NCBI RefSeq assembly: GCF_009914755.1
Contig: NC_060926.1
Origin: the human T2T-CHM13v2.0 reference genome, Homo sapiens
Reading direction: 5' to 3' (one strand)
DNA: 64,000 bases
Position 1 is the first letter of the stretch; every line of letters begins with the position of its first letter. A program made the position numbers and the translations under genes. The notes below the pieces were generated by a model. It did not search any database. It was given only the letters and a program-made list of their open reading frames with translations, and was not told where the DNA came from. Positions 1-13,658 of this stretch are shown here, one piece after another.

Positions 1-194
1 TTTGCTACATTTTTTCCTATTTACCAGTTGTATTATAGAAGCCAGATGTGGAGTATAGAAGCTCTAGTCTGCAGCTCACTCAGAAGACACTAAACTAGGA
101 GTTGGAACACCTGATACCACCTCCAACTGGCCTTTCCACCACAGACAGGGTCTGATTGTGTCTGCGCATCCCCACCTGCAGAGAGACAGCATTA

Positions 195-360
195 AACTAC
201 TAAACACAATGCGCCAGGCACTGTTCCAAGCCCTTCATAACACTGATTAAGGGAGTCCTCCTAATACCTGTAAGTGACAGGCGGTATGATTACCCCCACT
301 TCACATCACACTGTGGGGTGTCCCACAGTGGGGGCCACGCAGAAGCTCTGAGCTTGCCCC
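195..360 (-). mobile_element. MIR SINE fragment
   Basis: gccaggcactgttccaagc...attacccccacttcaca...cttgccc resembles the reverse complement of the MIR consensus. Confidence 0.6.
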
Positions 361-3147
361 TCCCCTCTGGCTGCTCGATGAGAGCTCTGGGCTTTTGTGC
401 TCAGCTCTAAAGGACCAGGTGGTGGGGAGTGAGGGGAGGGTCTATAATGAACCACAGCACAATGCTCTGGATTAGGTGACCCATGGGCGTACCCCTAGGG
501 TGTTACTGACCAGAGGAAGGAGGACTCTTTGCCTCCACCATCACCATTTTACCCCACCCCATCTCCATCCCTCTGCTGCTCTGGCCAAGACACCACGGCG
601 GCAGCTGGAAGTGCTGACCTCAGGTCTTCCTCCCCACCTCACTCCCCCACAGCCCCCACTGCCCTCTTTCATCCCATCTTCAGGGGACAGATGTGAGAGA
701 CCATCTTTTAGTCTGTGGATGCTTTCAACTTTTTTGAAAACCCCTGGGAATCCTAACATGGATTATGAACAGAGATATTGGCAGAAGAAGGCTGGGAGCT
801 CCCGATTTTGTCTCTGGACAAAACAGCCTCTGGTAAAAACAGTAGAGTGACTTATTTCAATTGAAGAGAATAAGTACATGAGCTTCCGGATTCATTAATT
901 AATTAGCCTCCCCTCTCGGCCAGCCTGGTGGCCAGCTCTAGAAGACATCTGAAGCCAGATGAGCACTCAACCCCAGGCACCAGCAGCTCCTTCCCCAGGA
1001 TGAGGGTTTCCCTTCATCTTTCAAGGACATGAATCTCTTGAGCCTCTCTGTCTGACTTTGCATGTCTAGGAACGAAGGGCAGAACAGATAGCACAGTAAA
1101 TCCCAGCTCTAAATTGTCGTCATGGGAATTCATCACAGATGGTAATCATTAGGGCCCTCACATCTTAAAGGAAAGCTTTATCCAGAATCATAAATAAACT
1201 GTAACCAAGGCTTAGATTTATAAAGCTATAAAAGAGGGCAGCTTGAACAGCCGGGAATGTACAGTACTGGGTTACAAAATCGGCATCATGCCTGAAAGGC
1301 TGGACATAAACCCGGGAGCTCTGGGCAGTGCAGCGAGGAGGGGGTAAATTCTTTCTGCAGTGGGTGGAACCCCAGTCACAGCCTCCCCGGCTTAGCACCT
1401 GGTTTAATCACATGAAATGCAAGCTCAGAGAAACAGGGGTGCTGGCATCTAAACATAGCATTGCAACTCCTAAACCAATTGCAGTCCCATCAAGTTTGGC
1501 CCTTCCTCACCAAGATGCCCTCTGACTAATGCTATGTCCTAGGAATTAATTTTCACTTTATTGCTAAGGTTTCCCACCCCCTACTTTTCCTGAGTGGCTC
1601 AAACAACTCCGTTTTTACCAAAAGTCCCTGTACCATGCAGAACACCCTGTGAGGCTGTGAGTTGTGGAGCAGCAAAGCACAAAACAAGGCTGCAGCCTTC
1701 CAGAAGTTTCTTGTCTGGCCAGGGAGGCAAGGCATTTACAGATGAAACAACTGTAGTATGCAGGCTGCAATGTGTGGTGTAGGCTGTAACTAGAGAACTC
1801 AAGGAAGCAAAGGGTAAGTGGAGGCTGGAGTCACTGTGGGGGAAATGTTTGGGGGAAAAGGGACATGATTTATGACTTGAAGGATGCACAGGGCTGTGCA
1901 CAAGGAGGGAAGGTTTGCTCAGCATGTGGCTTGTCCCTTCTGTGGCCCATCCTGAGCCAAGTCTCTAATAGCACACTCTCATTTTCCTCTTGTCCTAGAG
2001 CTAATTTAAGCAGCAATTGTTCCCCAAATTCCACACCTCACCCTCTTCATTCTCATTCAAGCTCATCCCTAAAAGGCCTGGAAAGGGAAACTCTGTGCTC
2101 TCTGGACATATCTCGTTCAGGCTGGACACCACAGGATAACTTCCATCCTGGAGCATGTGGCCAGGAACAATTCCACACCCCAGCCCCAGGCCCAGCATAG
2201 AGGGCAGCCTCAGAGAGGAGCAACCCCACCTCAGCCGCTGTGGGGAGCAATTCTGTAGGCATCCAGACATGCCAGAGAGAGAACAATAAGATACCCCACA
2301 GGCATGGGAAGTGAGGGAGGCCAGGAGCCCTCAGAGGGGTGGGTACCCACCCAGGCAAGTGGCCAAGCGAAGAGAGCTCACGCCAGCATGGAACATGGTG
2401 AGCAGGAGAACCCCTGTCTCCCCTCCGTTGCAGAGCTGAGTGTTGCACAGAAGTTCCTGAGTACCAGATGAGACTAGTGGGTATCTACTGGGGGACAGAG
2501 AAAGCATGCCTGTGACTCTGGAGAGCAGAGCAGATACTATAGGGGAGACAGGGCTACTTAAGGCTGGCTTTGGACGCTGACTTTCAGGAGGCTGCTTTAA
2601 GGGGTTCCAGGGTCTTCTCTGCATTGTTCAGTTGAGTACCCAAGAAGGGTAGGAGAAAAGCAGAATTCAGGGCAGATGCCTGCTTGGCAATAGAATGTCC
2701 CCAGGTTGTATTTCTTAAGGTACACAGGTTGTCAGTTCCTGTGACAACAACTAAGGCTACCTGCACAGGTGCAGCCGCGTGTAGAAGAGGGATTCCCACA
2801 GCCAGAACAAGGGCAGGACAAACTGTTTATTATTTACTAGCACTTTGGAGAAGGCAAGGCGTGGATGAGGAAGCTGTATTGATCACATCAGTAGAGATAG
2901 CTGCCTCCTTCATTCATTACCGGGAACAAGTGTTTGAGGGGGCACAGACGAGGTAAATGCATCAGGGCCTCCATGACAACTCCAATCACAGAATCTAGCT
3001 ACATCCTTGAATTACAATATAGGAGAAGCTCGTGGTGTTAACCTTCTGCCATTTCCAGGCATGTAACTGAACTAATCAAAATAAATTACTTTTGTTTATG
3101 AAATATGAGGATCCCTTCCAGAAGGCAAAGTAGCAGCAGGAAGAATA

Positions 3148-3335
3148 ATTCTGGAGTCTATTTTGGGTTAGAATCACCAACCCCATCTCTTCCTAGTTGT
3201 GTGGCCTTGAAAAAGTAACTCCGCTTTTCTGAACCTCTGCTTCCTCATCTGTGCAGTGGAACAGCTAATAATACCCGGTTAGCAGGGCTGTTGAGGAGAT
3301 TCAGTTTAATGACCTCTGTACACAGCACCCAGTTA
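3148..3335 (+). mobile_element. MIR SINE
   Basis: ctagttgtgtggccttgaaaaagtaact...tctgaacctctgcttcctcatctgtg matches the MIR core. Confidence 0.8.
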
Positions 3336-3592
3336 AGGTCAGTCTCATTCCCTTTCTCCCACTTGAGAGAGTTAGACTCCAGGAAAAGATGAATTTTAAC
3401 AGTTTTGCAACACAGTCCAGGAAAAGGAAGTGGGGAGCTCACTTGTCCTCAAGTTCTACTATGTGCCACTAGAGAGTTGTCACCAACAGGGGCCAGCTTT
3501 CCACATATTGCTTGCAAGCCGCCCACCACAGCACCACAGGCCCTGATGTGAGGCCGTCCGCTCACGTTTCCTTCTCTCCAATTCTTTTCTAG

Positions 3593-3853
<261 letters not shown>

Positions 3854-6587
3854 AGCCCAAAGTTCCTGCTCTGGGCTCTCTCAGAAACTTCAGGAGATGT
3901 TAGAACAAGTCTTTCCAGTTAGAGAAGAGGAGTGGTGATAAAGCCCACTGACCTTCACACATTCTAAAAATTGGTTGGCAATGCCAGTATACCAACAATC
4001 ATGATCAGCTGAAAGAAACAGATATTTTAAATTGCCAGAAAACAAATGATGAGGCAACTACAGTCAGATTTATAGCCAGCCATCTATCACCTCTAGAAGG
4101 TTCCAGAGACAGTGAAACTGCAAGATGCTCTCAACAGGATTATGTCTCATGGAGACCAGTAAGAAAATCATTTATCTGAAGGTGAAATGCAGAGTTGGAT
4201 AAGAAATACATTGCTGGGTTTCTAAAATGCTGCCTTCCTGCCTCTACTCCACCTCCATCCCTGGACTTTGGACCCTTGGCCTAGGAGCCTAAGGACCTTC
4301 ACCCCTGTGCACCACCCAAGAAAGAGGAAAACTTTGCCTACAACTTTGGAAATGCTGGGGTCCCTGGTGTGGTAAGAAACTCAACATCAGACGGGTATGC
4401 AGAAGGATGTTCTTCTGGGATTTGCAGGTACATAAAAAATGTATGGCATCTTTTCCTTGCAAATTCTTCCAGTTTCCAAGTGAGAAGGGGAGCAGGTGTT
4501 TACTGATGGAAAAGGTATGTTGCTATGTTGATGTGTAAGTGAAATCAGTTGTGTGCAATAGACAGGGGCGTATTCATGGGAGCATCAGCCAGTTTCTAAA
4601 ACCCACAGGCCATCAGCAGCTAGAGGTGGCTGGCTTTGGCCAGACATGGACCCTAAATCAACAGACAATGGCATTGTCGAAGAGCAACCTGTTAATGAAT
4701 CATGTTAAAAATCAAGGTTTGGCTTCAGTTTAAATCACTTGAGGTATGAAGTTTATCCTGTTTTCCAGAGATAAACATAAGTTGATCTTCCCAAAATACC
4801 ATCATTAGGACCTATCACACAATATCACTAGTTTTTTTTGTTTGTTTGTTTTTTGTTTTTTTTCTTGGTAAAGCCATGCACCACAGACTTCTGGGCAGAG
4901 CTGAGAGACAATGGTCCTGACATAATAAGGATCTTTGATTAACCCCCATAAGGCATGTGTGTGTATACAAATATACTTCTCTTTGGCTTTTCGACATAGA
5001 ACCTCAGCTGTTAACCAAGGGGAAATACATCAGATCTGCAACACAGAAATGCTCTGCCTGAAATTTCCACCATGCCTAGGACTCACCCCATTTATCCAGG
5101 TCTTTCTGGATCTGTTTAATCAATAAGCCCTATAATCACTTGCTAAACACTGGGCTTCATCACCCAGGGATAAAAACAGAGATCATTGTCTTGGACCTCC
5201 TGCATCAGCCTATTCAAAATTATCTCTCTCTCTAGCTTTCCACAAATCCTAAAATTCCTGTCCCAAGCCACCCAAATTCTCAGATCTTTTCTGGAACAAG
5301 GCAGAATATAAAATAAATATACATTTAGTGGCTTGGGCTATGGTCTCCAAAGATCCTTCAAAAATACATCAAGCCAGCTTCATTCACTCACTTTACTTAG
5401 AACAGAGATATAAGGGCCTGGGATGCATTTATTTTATCAATACCAATTTTTGTGGCCATGGCAGACATTGCTAATCAATCACAGCACTATTTCCTATTAA
5501 GCCCACTGATTTCTTCACAATCCTTCTCAAATTACAATTCCAAAGAGCCGCCACTCAACAGTCAGATGAACCCAACAGTCAGATGAGAGAAATGAACCCT
5601 ACTTGCTATCTCTATCTTAGAAAGCAAAAACAAACAGGAGTTTCCAGGGAGAATGGGAAAGCCAGGGGGCATAAAAGGTACAGTCAGGGGAAAATAGATC
5701 TAGGCAGAGTGCCTTAGTCAGGGACCACGGGCGCTGAATCTGCAGTGCCAACACCAAACTGACACATCTCCAGGTGTACCTCCAACCCTAGCCTTCTCCC
5801 ACAGCTGCCTACAACAGAGTCTCCCAGCCTTCTCAGAGAGCTAAAACCAGAAATTTCCAGACTCATGAAAGCAACCCCCCAGCCTCTCCCCAACCCTGCC
5901 GCATTGTCTAATTTTTAGAACACTAGGCTTCTTCTTTCATGTAGTTCCTCATAAGCAGGGGCCAGAATATCTCAGCCACCTGCAGTGACATTGCTGGACC
6001 CCTGAAAACCATTCCATAGGAGAATGGGTTCCCCAGGCTCACAGTGTAGAGACATTGAGCCCATCACAACTGTTTTGACTGCTGGCAGTCTAAAACAGTC
6101 CACCCACCCCATGGCACTGCCGCGTGATTCCCGCGGCCATTCAGAAGTTCAAGCCGAGATGCTGACGTTGCTGAGCAACGAGATGGTGAGCATCAGTGCA
6201 AATGCACCATTCAGCACATCAGTCATATGCCCAGTGCAGTTACAAGATGTTGTTTCGGCAAAGCATTTTGATGGAATAGGGAACTGCAAATGTATGATGA
6301 TTTTGAAAAGGCTCAGCAGGATTTGTTCTTAAACCGACTCAGTGTGTCATCCCCGGTTATTTAGAATTACAGTTAAGAAGGAGAAACTTCTATAAGACTG
6401 TATGAACAAGGTGATATCTTCATAGTGGGCTATTACAGGCAGGAAAATGTTTTAACTGGTTTACAAAATCCATCAATACTTGTGTCATTCCCTGTAAAAG
6501 GCAGGAGACGTGATTATGATCAGGAAACTGCACAAAATTATTGTTTTCAGCCCCCGTGTTATTGTCCTTTTGAACTGTTTTTTTTTT

Positions 6588-6664
6588 ATTAAAGCCAAAT
6601 TTGTGTTGTATATATTCGTATTCCATGTGTTAGATGGAAGCATTTCCTATCCAGTGTGAATAAA
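6588..6664 (+). terminator. Candidate proximal poly(A) signals (ATTAAA 6588-6593, AATAAA 6659-6664)
   Basis: Hexamers in a U-rich context; the first is followed by tttgtgttgt. Actual use cannot be shown from sequence alone. Confidence 0.45.
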
Positions 6665-7445
6665 AAGAACAGTTGTAGTAAATTATTATAAAGCCGATGA
6701 TATTTCATGGCAGGTTATTCTACCAAGCTGTGCTTGTTGGTTTTTCCCATGACTGTATTGCTTTTATAAATGTACAAATAGTTACTGAAATGACGAGACC
6801 CTTGTTTGCACAGCATTAATAAGAACCTTGATAAGAACCATATTCTGTTGACAGCCAGCTCACAGTTTCTTGCCTGAAGCTTGGTGCACCCTCCAGTGAG
6901 ACACAAGATCTCTCTTTTACCAAAGTTGAGAACAGAGCTGGTGGATTAATTAATAGTCTTCGATATCTGGCCATGGGTAACCTCATTGTAACTATCATCA
7001 GAATGGGCAGAGATGATCTTGAAGTGTCACATACACTAAAGTCCAAACACTATGTCAGATGGGGGTAAAATCCATTAAAGAACAGGAAAAAATAATTATA
7101 AGATGATAAGCAAATGTTTCAGCCCAATGTCAACCCAGTTAAAAAAAAAATTAATGCTGTGTAAAATGGTTGAATTAGTTTGCAAACTATATAAAGACAT
7201 ATGCAGTAAAAAGTCTGTTAATGCACATCCTGTGGGAATGGAGTGTTCTAACCAATTGCCTTTTCTTGTTATCTGAGCTCTCCTATATTATCATACTCAG
7301 ATAACCAAATTAAAAGAATTAGAATATGATTTTTAATACACTTAACATTAAACTCTTCTAACTTTCTTCTTTCTGTGATAATTCAGAAGATAGTTATGGA
7401 TCTTCAATGCCTCTGAGTCATTGTTATAAAAAATCAGTTATCACT

Positions 7446-7763
7446 ATACCATGCTATAGGAGACTGGGCAAAACCTGTACAATGACAACCCTGGAAGTTG
7501 CTTTTTTTAAAAAAATAATAAATTTCTTAAATCAACTCTTTTTTCTGGTTGTCTGTTTGTTATAAAGTGCAACGTATTCAAGTCCTCAATATCCTGATCA
7601 TAATACCATGCTATAGGAGACTGGGCAAAACCTGTACAATGACAACCCTGGAAGTTGCTTTTTTAAAAAAAATAATAAATTTCTTAAATCAACTCTTTTT
7701 TCTGGTTATTTGTCTGTTTGTTATAAAGTGCGACGTATTCAAGTTCTCAATATCCTGATCATA
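7446..7763 (+). repeat. Tandem duplication, unit ~157 bp (7446-7602 and 7603-7763)
   Basis: ataccatgctataggagactgggcaaaacctgtacaatgacaaccctggaagttgc...tcaatatcctgatcata occurs twice, differing by a few substitutions and one 4-nt indel. Confidence 0.97.
7517..7679 (+). terminator. ANTXR1: Distal poly(A) signals AATAAA at 7517-7522 and 7674-7679
   Basis: Each has an upstream TGTA and a downstream U/GU-rich tract (ttttttctggtt...gtctgtttgtt), the canonical cleavage/polyadenylation layout. Confidence 0.8.
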
Positions 7764-8419
7764 ATACAGTGGTTGCTGTGCTATACATTAAATTACATTT
7801 CTCAAATGATTTCATGCCTTCCACTAATTTCTCTACTGTCTGGATTACTGTCATTTCTTCCTTAGCTGTCAGACATTCAAAATATTTTTTATTTCTCATA
7901 ACAAATTTCAAATTAAAAATGTAATCCATGCTAAGAGAAAATAAGTAAAAAGTGAAAACAGAACACACAGGAAAAATATACTGCATCAGTTAGGATTGTG
8001 TTTGGCTAACGTAGCAGAAAGGCAACTAGGATTGATTTTACAAGGAGTCCAGAGATTTGCAGCAACCCAAGAACCAGACAGTGTTGTGGACAGTGCTGCA
8101 ATAAATACCTTTCTATGTACATCTCAAAATCTTTGTATTGCTTCTGCATTTCTGATACAACTCACTTTATCCCTCCTAGCAGTTTTAATTCAGCTCCTCC
8201 ATTTATTTTGTAGGTAGAAGAGCATCTCCTTCTAGTTCCTGAATTTCTTTGTAAGATCTCATTGAGCCTTGAATACATCTTAATTGGAATAAAACCATCC
8301 ACAAACAGAAAGTCATGCCACAAGTCTTTTCTAAGTTTTCATTAGTATTTGCTTTTTAATAGGTATGGGTATGAACACATTTTAAAATTATATCTTTAAT
8401 AATTGTGTTTTGGGGGTTA

Positions 8420-8568
8420 TTTTGAGACAGGATCTTACTCTGTCACCCAGGCTGGAGTGCAGTGATGCAATCATGGTTTACTGCAGCCTCAAACCCCTAG
8501 GCTCAAGCAATTCTCCCGCTTCACCTTCCCAAGTAGCTGGGACTATGGGCATATGCCACCACACCTGG

Positions 8569-8615
<47 letters not shown>

Positions 8616-8716
8616 ATTTTTTGTTTGTTTATTTTTAGAGATAGGGTCTCACTGTGTTGCCCAGGCTGGTCTCAAACTCCTGGCCTCAAGTGATCCTCCT
8701 GCCTCAGACTCCCAAT
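8420..8716 (-). mobile_element. AluJ-type SINE with a (TG)n microsatellite in its middle linker
   Basis: gagacaggatcttactctgtcacccaggctggagtgcag and ggctcaagcaatt (J-type). About 21 GT units at 8572-8614. Confidence 0.92.
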
Positions 8717-10819
8717 CGTAAATGGTTTTGAGATAATGGGTTAGAAATTTGAAAAGAAACAGGAAAAGCTGGAGCCCTACCTCACTCCTTACACCAAAAT
8801 AAATTCTAACTGAATTTAAGTGTAACAAATAAAGCTAGAAAAGTACTAGAATTGTGAAAAAAGTTTTCTGTGTGGTATAAAGAATGTTAAAATCCTACAT
8901 ATTGTTTGCATGATCAATCAACTTTGTCATGAAATTGCTTGAAATAACCCTGAGTAATGATCCAATGCATTAAGTTGAACAAAGGAACCATTAATAACGG
9001 GAATAAGATCATTTATCAGGTGCTAACTGTGAACATGAATTTGAGATCCACCGTTTTTCACTAATCTGTCTTCAGATAAATCTGTTTTGTGGAGTATCAC
9101 TTAGATACAAAACAATCAGAATAATACTTTGTCCATCTAAATACATTATAAACCAGGTGTCACTTAACAGTTACTATATATTTGGTATAAGGTTATAGAG
9201 TTGGCGTATGCCAAACATGATTTTTATTCTCTTTACAACTGTATTGTAATTTTTATGCTGACTACAATTGTATTGTGTTCTTTTCAATCACCACACCCCA
9301 TCCCAAGTTATCATATCTAAACAAATTAGAAGCCTTATGATTCCACCACTGTAATCTTTTATTCCTTTCTCTTTTTTTCCTCAAAATTCAAGTAGTCACT
9401 AAGTTATAAAGATTCTTCCTTCTCTACTTAAGTTGGGACATTTTAGTTTTTGGAGTTTGAAAGTATGCATCTCCTTTACTTGGTTTTAAGTGCCATTTCG
9501 CAGTGTACTTATAAAGCAATTGCTGAGCTAACACAATTTTCTCTGAGTCACTTGAGAGCTGAAAGCAAGATTCTGTTAAAAGATATTCAGTTAATTGTGC
9601 ACATTCAGTACTTTAGCCAGCATCTTTAGTTGGGACTTCTTTGTAAACATTAAAATAGATGCAACTCATAAAATACATTTTCCTTTGGGTAGTTAAGTAG
9701 TTTACATTCTTACAAAGGATTTTTAAAGTACAAGAAATGCTGGTTGTGAGGGCTGAGTGCAGAAAACATTTCACTTTCTTCTGAAAAAGAAGTTGTAAGA
9801 CAAGAGAACTGTCAACCACCTATGATGAGTCCCTTCCAAAAATGTGCACCCCCAAGAGTAGCCAGGAAACCCTATACAGCCCTAACTTCACATTTTTTTA
9901 AAATACAAGCACTGTGTGACATTCGCTTCCCTGTGAATCCCACCCCAACTTTGCAGGATACAGAGTCCATGTCTTTTTGCTTAGTTTTACTCTTAACATT
10001 ATTTACAGGACGCCTGTAAATGTAAAAGACTTGTGTGAAATTAATGATAATCTGCGTTTCCAGCCAAGCTCCTGTGGAGATAAATATTCCATGCAAACCC
10101 AAAGTGTGGTTCATAAATGAGATGAGGCAGAAGCATCCACATTGATCTGACATTGCAGGAAGGGGCTTCTCCTGGCTGGGGTGGACTCTGTTCAATTCCT
10201 CTTCTTCTAAATGGTGGCCAAGATGGTGGGTCTCAAACCTCAGGTGAATAAACCCATCCCTAAGGGGAGTAATGTAGGTCCCAGTCTTCTCTCCAGGAAG
10301 AGAAATACTTTTTCCTACTTCAAATGGGCATTGTAAGCATTTGCCACAAATAATCCTTTCTGATGCCATACACTAGATTGCCTTCCCCACTCTGGGCAGA
10401 ATTGGGTGTTTATGAGCATTTCTGGCCATTGTCAGTGCCTGTGTTATATTTGACCCCAGTGATGTAATCACTACAAGAAATAAGACTGCAAAGCTCCAGG
10501 AGATTTTGATTCCACCTCCAATACTTGTCAGACACTTTCACTTGCCCCATGAAAGCTACCTCAGCAAATGCTCACTCTCAACAGGCCCTGGCCACTCTAC
10601 ATGTTACTTCTGTGACTGTTGGTTTTCAGTGCATTCTGATGTTTAGATCGGCGTTTTTATAGGCTCCTTCAATATTTGCTTTTATGAGATCCTTAAAAGA
10701 GAATTATCTCTGTTTAATCTTGGACCATTAGTAAAAACGAAAAGTGATCCTATCACTATGTCTTAGTGTGATTAGTTTTTTTAAAAAATTTAACTTCCTT
10801 AGCAATTTAGCAATAGGGA

Positions 10820-11650
10820 GGAAAAAAGCAACATCATTAACCTGATAAAGTGTATCTACCACGAACCTACAGGAAATATACTTAACATAAAATATTTTTA
10901 AATATTACCTTTACAATCAAAAAGAAAAAGATTCCAACCATCAGTGTTATTGTCCACCTTTGGTCCTAGCCAGTGCAATAAAACAAATGAAAGGAAAAAG
11001 TAATTATAATTATCAGGAAGAAAAAACTGATTTGAATATAATTTACTATCTAAAAATTCCATGGAATCAACTTAAAAATTATTAGAACTAATAAGAGTTG
11101 TCCAGGTACATGGAAAACACTATCAATGATCAGTTAGGAAACAAGTTATTCATTCATTCATAATAGAAAAAATTATATATATATGTGTGCATGTGTGTGT
11201 ATAAATTAACCAGAAATTAACTATAAATAAACCTAACAAAAAATGTGCAAAACTTATGGAAAGACAACTATAAAACTTTAATGAAATATTCTTAATGGAG
11301 AACTATACTACATTCTTGAATGGAAAGAGTTAATATTGAAAAGAATTCAGTTCTCTCTCAATCTACAAACTCAACTCGTGCCAATTAAAAAAAAAACTAG
11401 TAAGATGTCTACTTTCAAATGCTGATTCTAAGTTTTAATTAGAAAAGAAAATGGACAACTATAGTTAATATATGATGATAGAACAGTTTTCAGAAACAGA
11501 CCTGTAAATAAATGGAAGTTTAGTTTATCATAATAATAGCATTTCCAAAACTAATTCTTTAATAAACGACTAAGTAGTTGGGAAAAACAAGATGAAATTC
11601 CTATCTCTGCTACATACAAAAATAAATTCCAAATGGATTAAATAAAAGCA
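10820..11650 (+). mobile_element. Old L1 (L1ME-like) ORF2 remnant
   Basis: aacctgataaagtgtatctac, gtcctagccagtgcaataaaacaa, aaattattagaactaataag and aaataaattccaaatggatta appear in L1 ORF2 order. Confidence 0.7.
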
Positions 11651-12914
11651 AATGCATGCCAAGTTTTCTTGCTTCTAATTAACAGTGACAGTATCCCTTA
11701 GTAACACTGCCTTATGAATGGAAGTTTCTTATAATCTTGCCAATCAGAGAGATCTCATCTCCCAGAAAAGAGTGGAGAGAGAAATAGAAGGGCTGAAAGG
11801 AGTTGTCTTCTCTCTAATTAAGGCAGGAATAAGGAGAAAAAAAGAAAAAGGGTCCTTCCGCTGCCCATACTCTGATACTACAGTAGAACATATATTATTG
11901 TAACCTCTCCACTAACAATCTCATGCGTAGGGTGCCTCTCACATAGTAATCAGTGAAAAAACTATTAATAGTTATAAGTAATGAGTAAATAAACTTATAA
12001 ATGAAGAATCTCAATGTTTCTAAATGCTTAAGCAAATCAACAATAGACATGGAAGCTATGTATGGGACAATGTTTTCTTTCAGGAGCCAAAGGTAATAAA
12101 CAAATTCCCATTTTCCTATTGCCTTTGTGGAAATATTCAAAGTGCTGACTCTCACTGGGTGGTATTGAATGAATTCCTCTGAAAATTCATTAACTTTGTC
12201 AATTTACTGGATTACTTTTCAACGCATGCACATTCTTCCACAATCTATGTCTGTTGAGGTTAAGTCCTTTTTGCATTTGGCTTGAGAGGAAAAATAAGAA
12301 TCGATGCCAAGAACTTGGGGTAGGTGCCAGAAGAAAAAACAGTGCCAGCCCTGGCAGTCGTCAGAAGACTGAACTCCAGTTTGTCTCATCCGTTTATCAA
12401 GTGTTCTGTCACAGGACCGGATCCCCTGCCATTCTTTGAATGCGTAGAGCAAGACTCAATGGTTGGGTCATGGCTCACTGAGGAAACAGTAAGATTCCAG
12501 AATCAAGAGTCAGGCTGTTGTGATAACTATTAATGCGTCATAAACAAGGCAGCTGTTGATCTGTAGATTTATGTTCTGATATTTCACAACTGCCAGAAAG
12601 GGCTTTGTTCAGTCTATGAGGAGGAGGTCTCCTCTCTTCTGCCCGCTAAGCATGTGATCTGTTAATTCAGTCACAACTACTGCTGGCATTACTAGTAGAT
12701 TATAGAAACTGATGCTCACTTTATTTTTTCCTTCTTTTTTAATTAGTGCTTTATTTTTTGAAACAGTTTTAGGTTTACAGAAAAATTGAGGACGTAATGC
12801 AGAGTTCTTACATCCCCTATTCCCTGCACACAGTTTTTCCTGTTGCTAACATCTTCCATTGGTGTGGTACATTTGTTACAACTGATGAATCAAAACTGAC
12901 ACATTATTATTTAC

Positions 12915-13208
12915 TTTTTTCTTTTTGAGACAGGGCCTTGCTCTGTCACCCACGCTGGAGTGCAGTGGCACAATCATGGCTCACTGTAACCTCAACCTCC
13001 TGGGCTCAAGCATCCTCCCACCTCAGTCTCCCAAGTAGCTAGGACTACAGGCACATACCACCGCACCTGGCTAATTTTTGTATTTTTTTGTAGAGAAGGG
13101 GTTTCACCATGTTACCCAGACTGATCTTGAACTCCTGGGCTCAAGCAATCTGCCCCCATCAGCCTCCCAAAGTGTTGGGATTACAGGCATCAGCCACCAC
13201 ACCCAGCC
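12915..13208 (-). mobile_element. AluJ with a perfect 15-bp target-site duplication
   Basis: Full Alu dimer; TSD cacattattatttac at 12900-12914 and 13209-13223. Confidence 0.95.
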
Positions 13209-13390
13209 CACATTATTATTTACCAACGTTCATAGTCTAGTACATTAGAGTTCACTCTGTGTTGTACAGTTCTGTGGGTTTTGACATACGCACACACATC
13301 CACGTATCGTACAGAATACTTCCACTGCCCTAAGTATCCCCTGCACTTCACCTATTCATCCATCCTCCTCCTCTCCCACAAACCCTGTAA

Positions 13391-13658
<268 letters not shown>

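Larger units (their letters stand above)
1..3592 (+). other. ANTXR1: 3' portion of the last intron of ANTXR1, ending in a branch point, pyrimidine tract and AG acceptor
   Basis: CTCAC branch-like motif at 3561-3565, pyrimidine tract gtttccttctctccaattcttttct and AG at 3591-3592, directly before recognisable ANTXR1 coding sequence. Confidence 0.9.
3854..7695 (+). other. ANTXR1: ANTXR1 3'UTR (~3.85 kb; 3' end approximate)
   Basis: Follows the stop codon, is almost free of recognisable transposons, becomes AU-rich distally and ends at AATAAA signals with U/GU-rich downstream elements. Confidence 0.85.

Noticed and set aside
309-330. Perfect 9-bp hairpin cactgtggg-gtgt-cccacagtg
   Set aside because: Isolated, intronic and inside a MIR relic. 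One such stem is expected by chance or from local template switching.
5556-5586. caacagtcagatga repeated twice in the UTR
   Set aside because: Simple 17-bp slippage duplication, not an array.
6024-6332. 102-aa ATG ORF within the 3'UTR
   Set aside because: No recognisable domain, and it lies far downstream of the stop. It would need Ribo-seq support.
9872-10369. 165-aa minus-strand ORF
   Set aside because: No recognisable homology or exon context; its length is within chance for 64 kb read in six frames.
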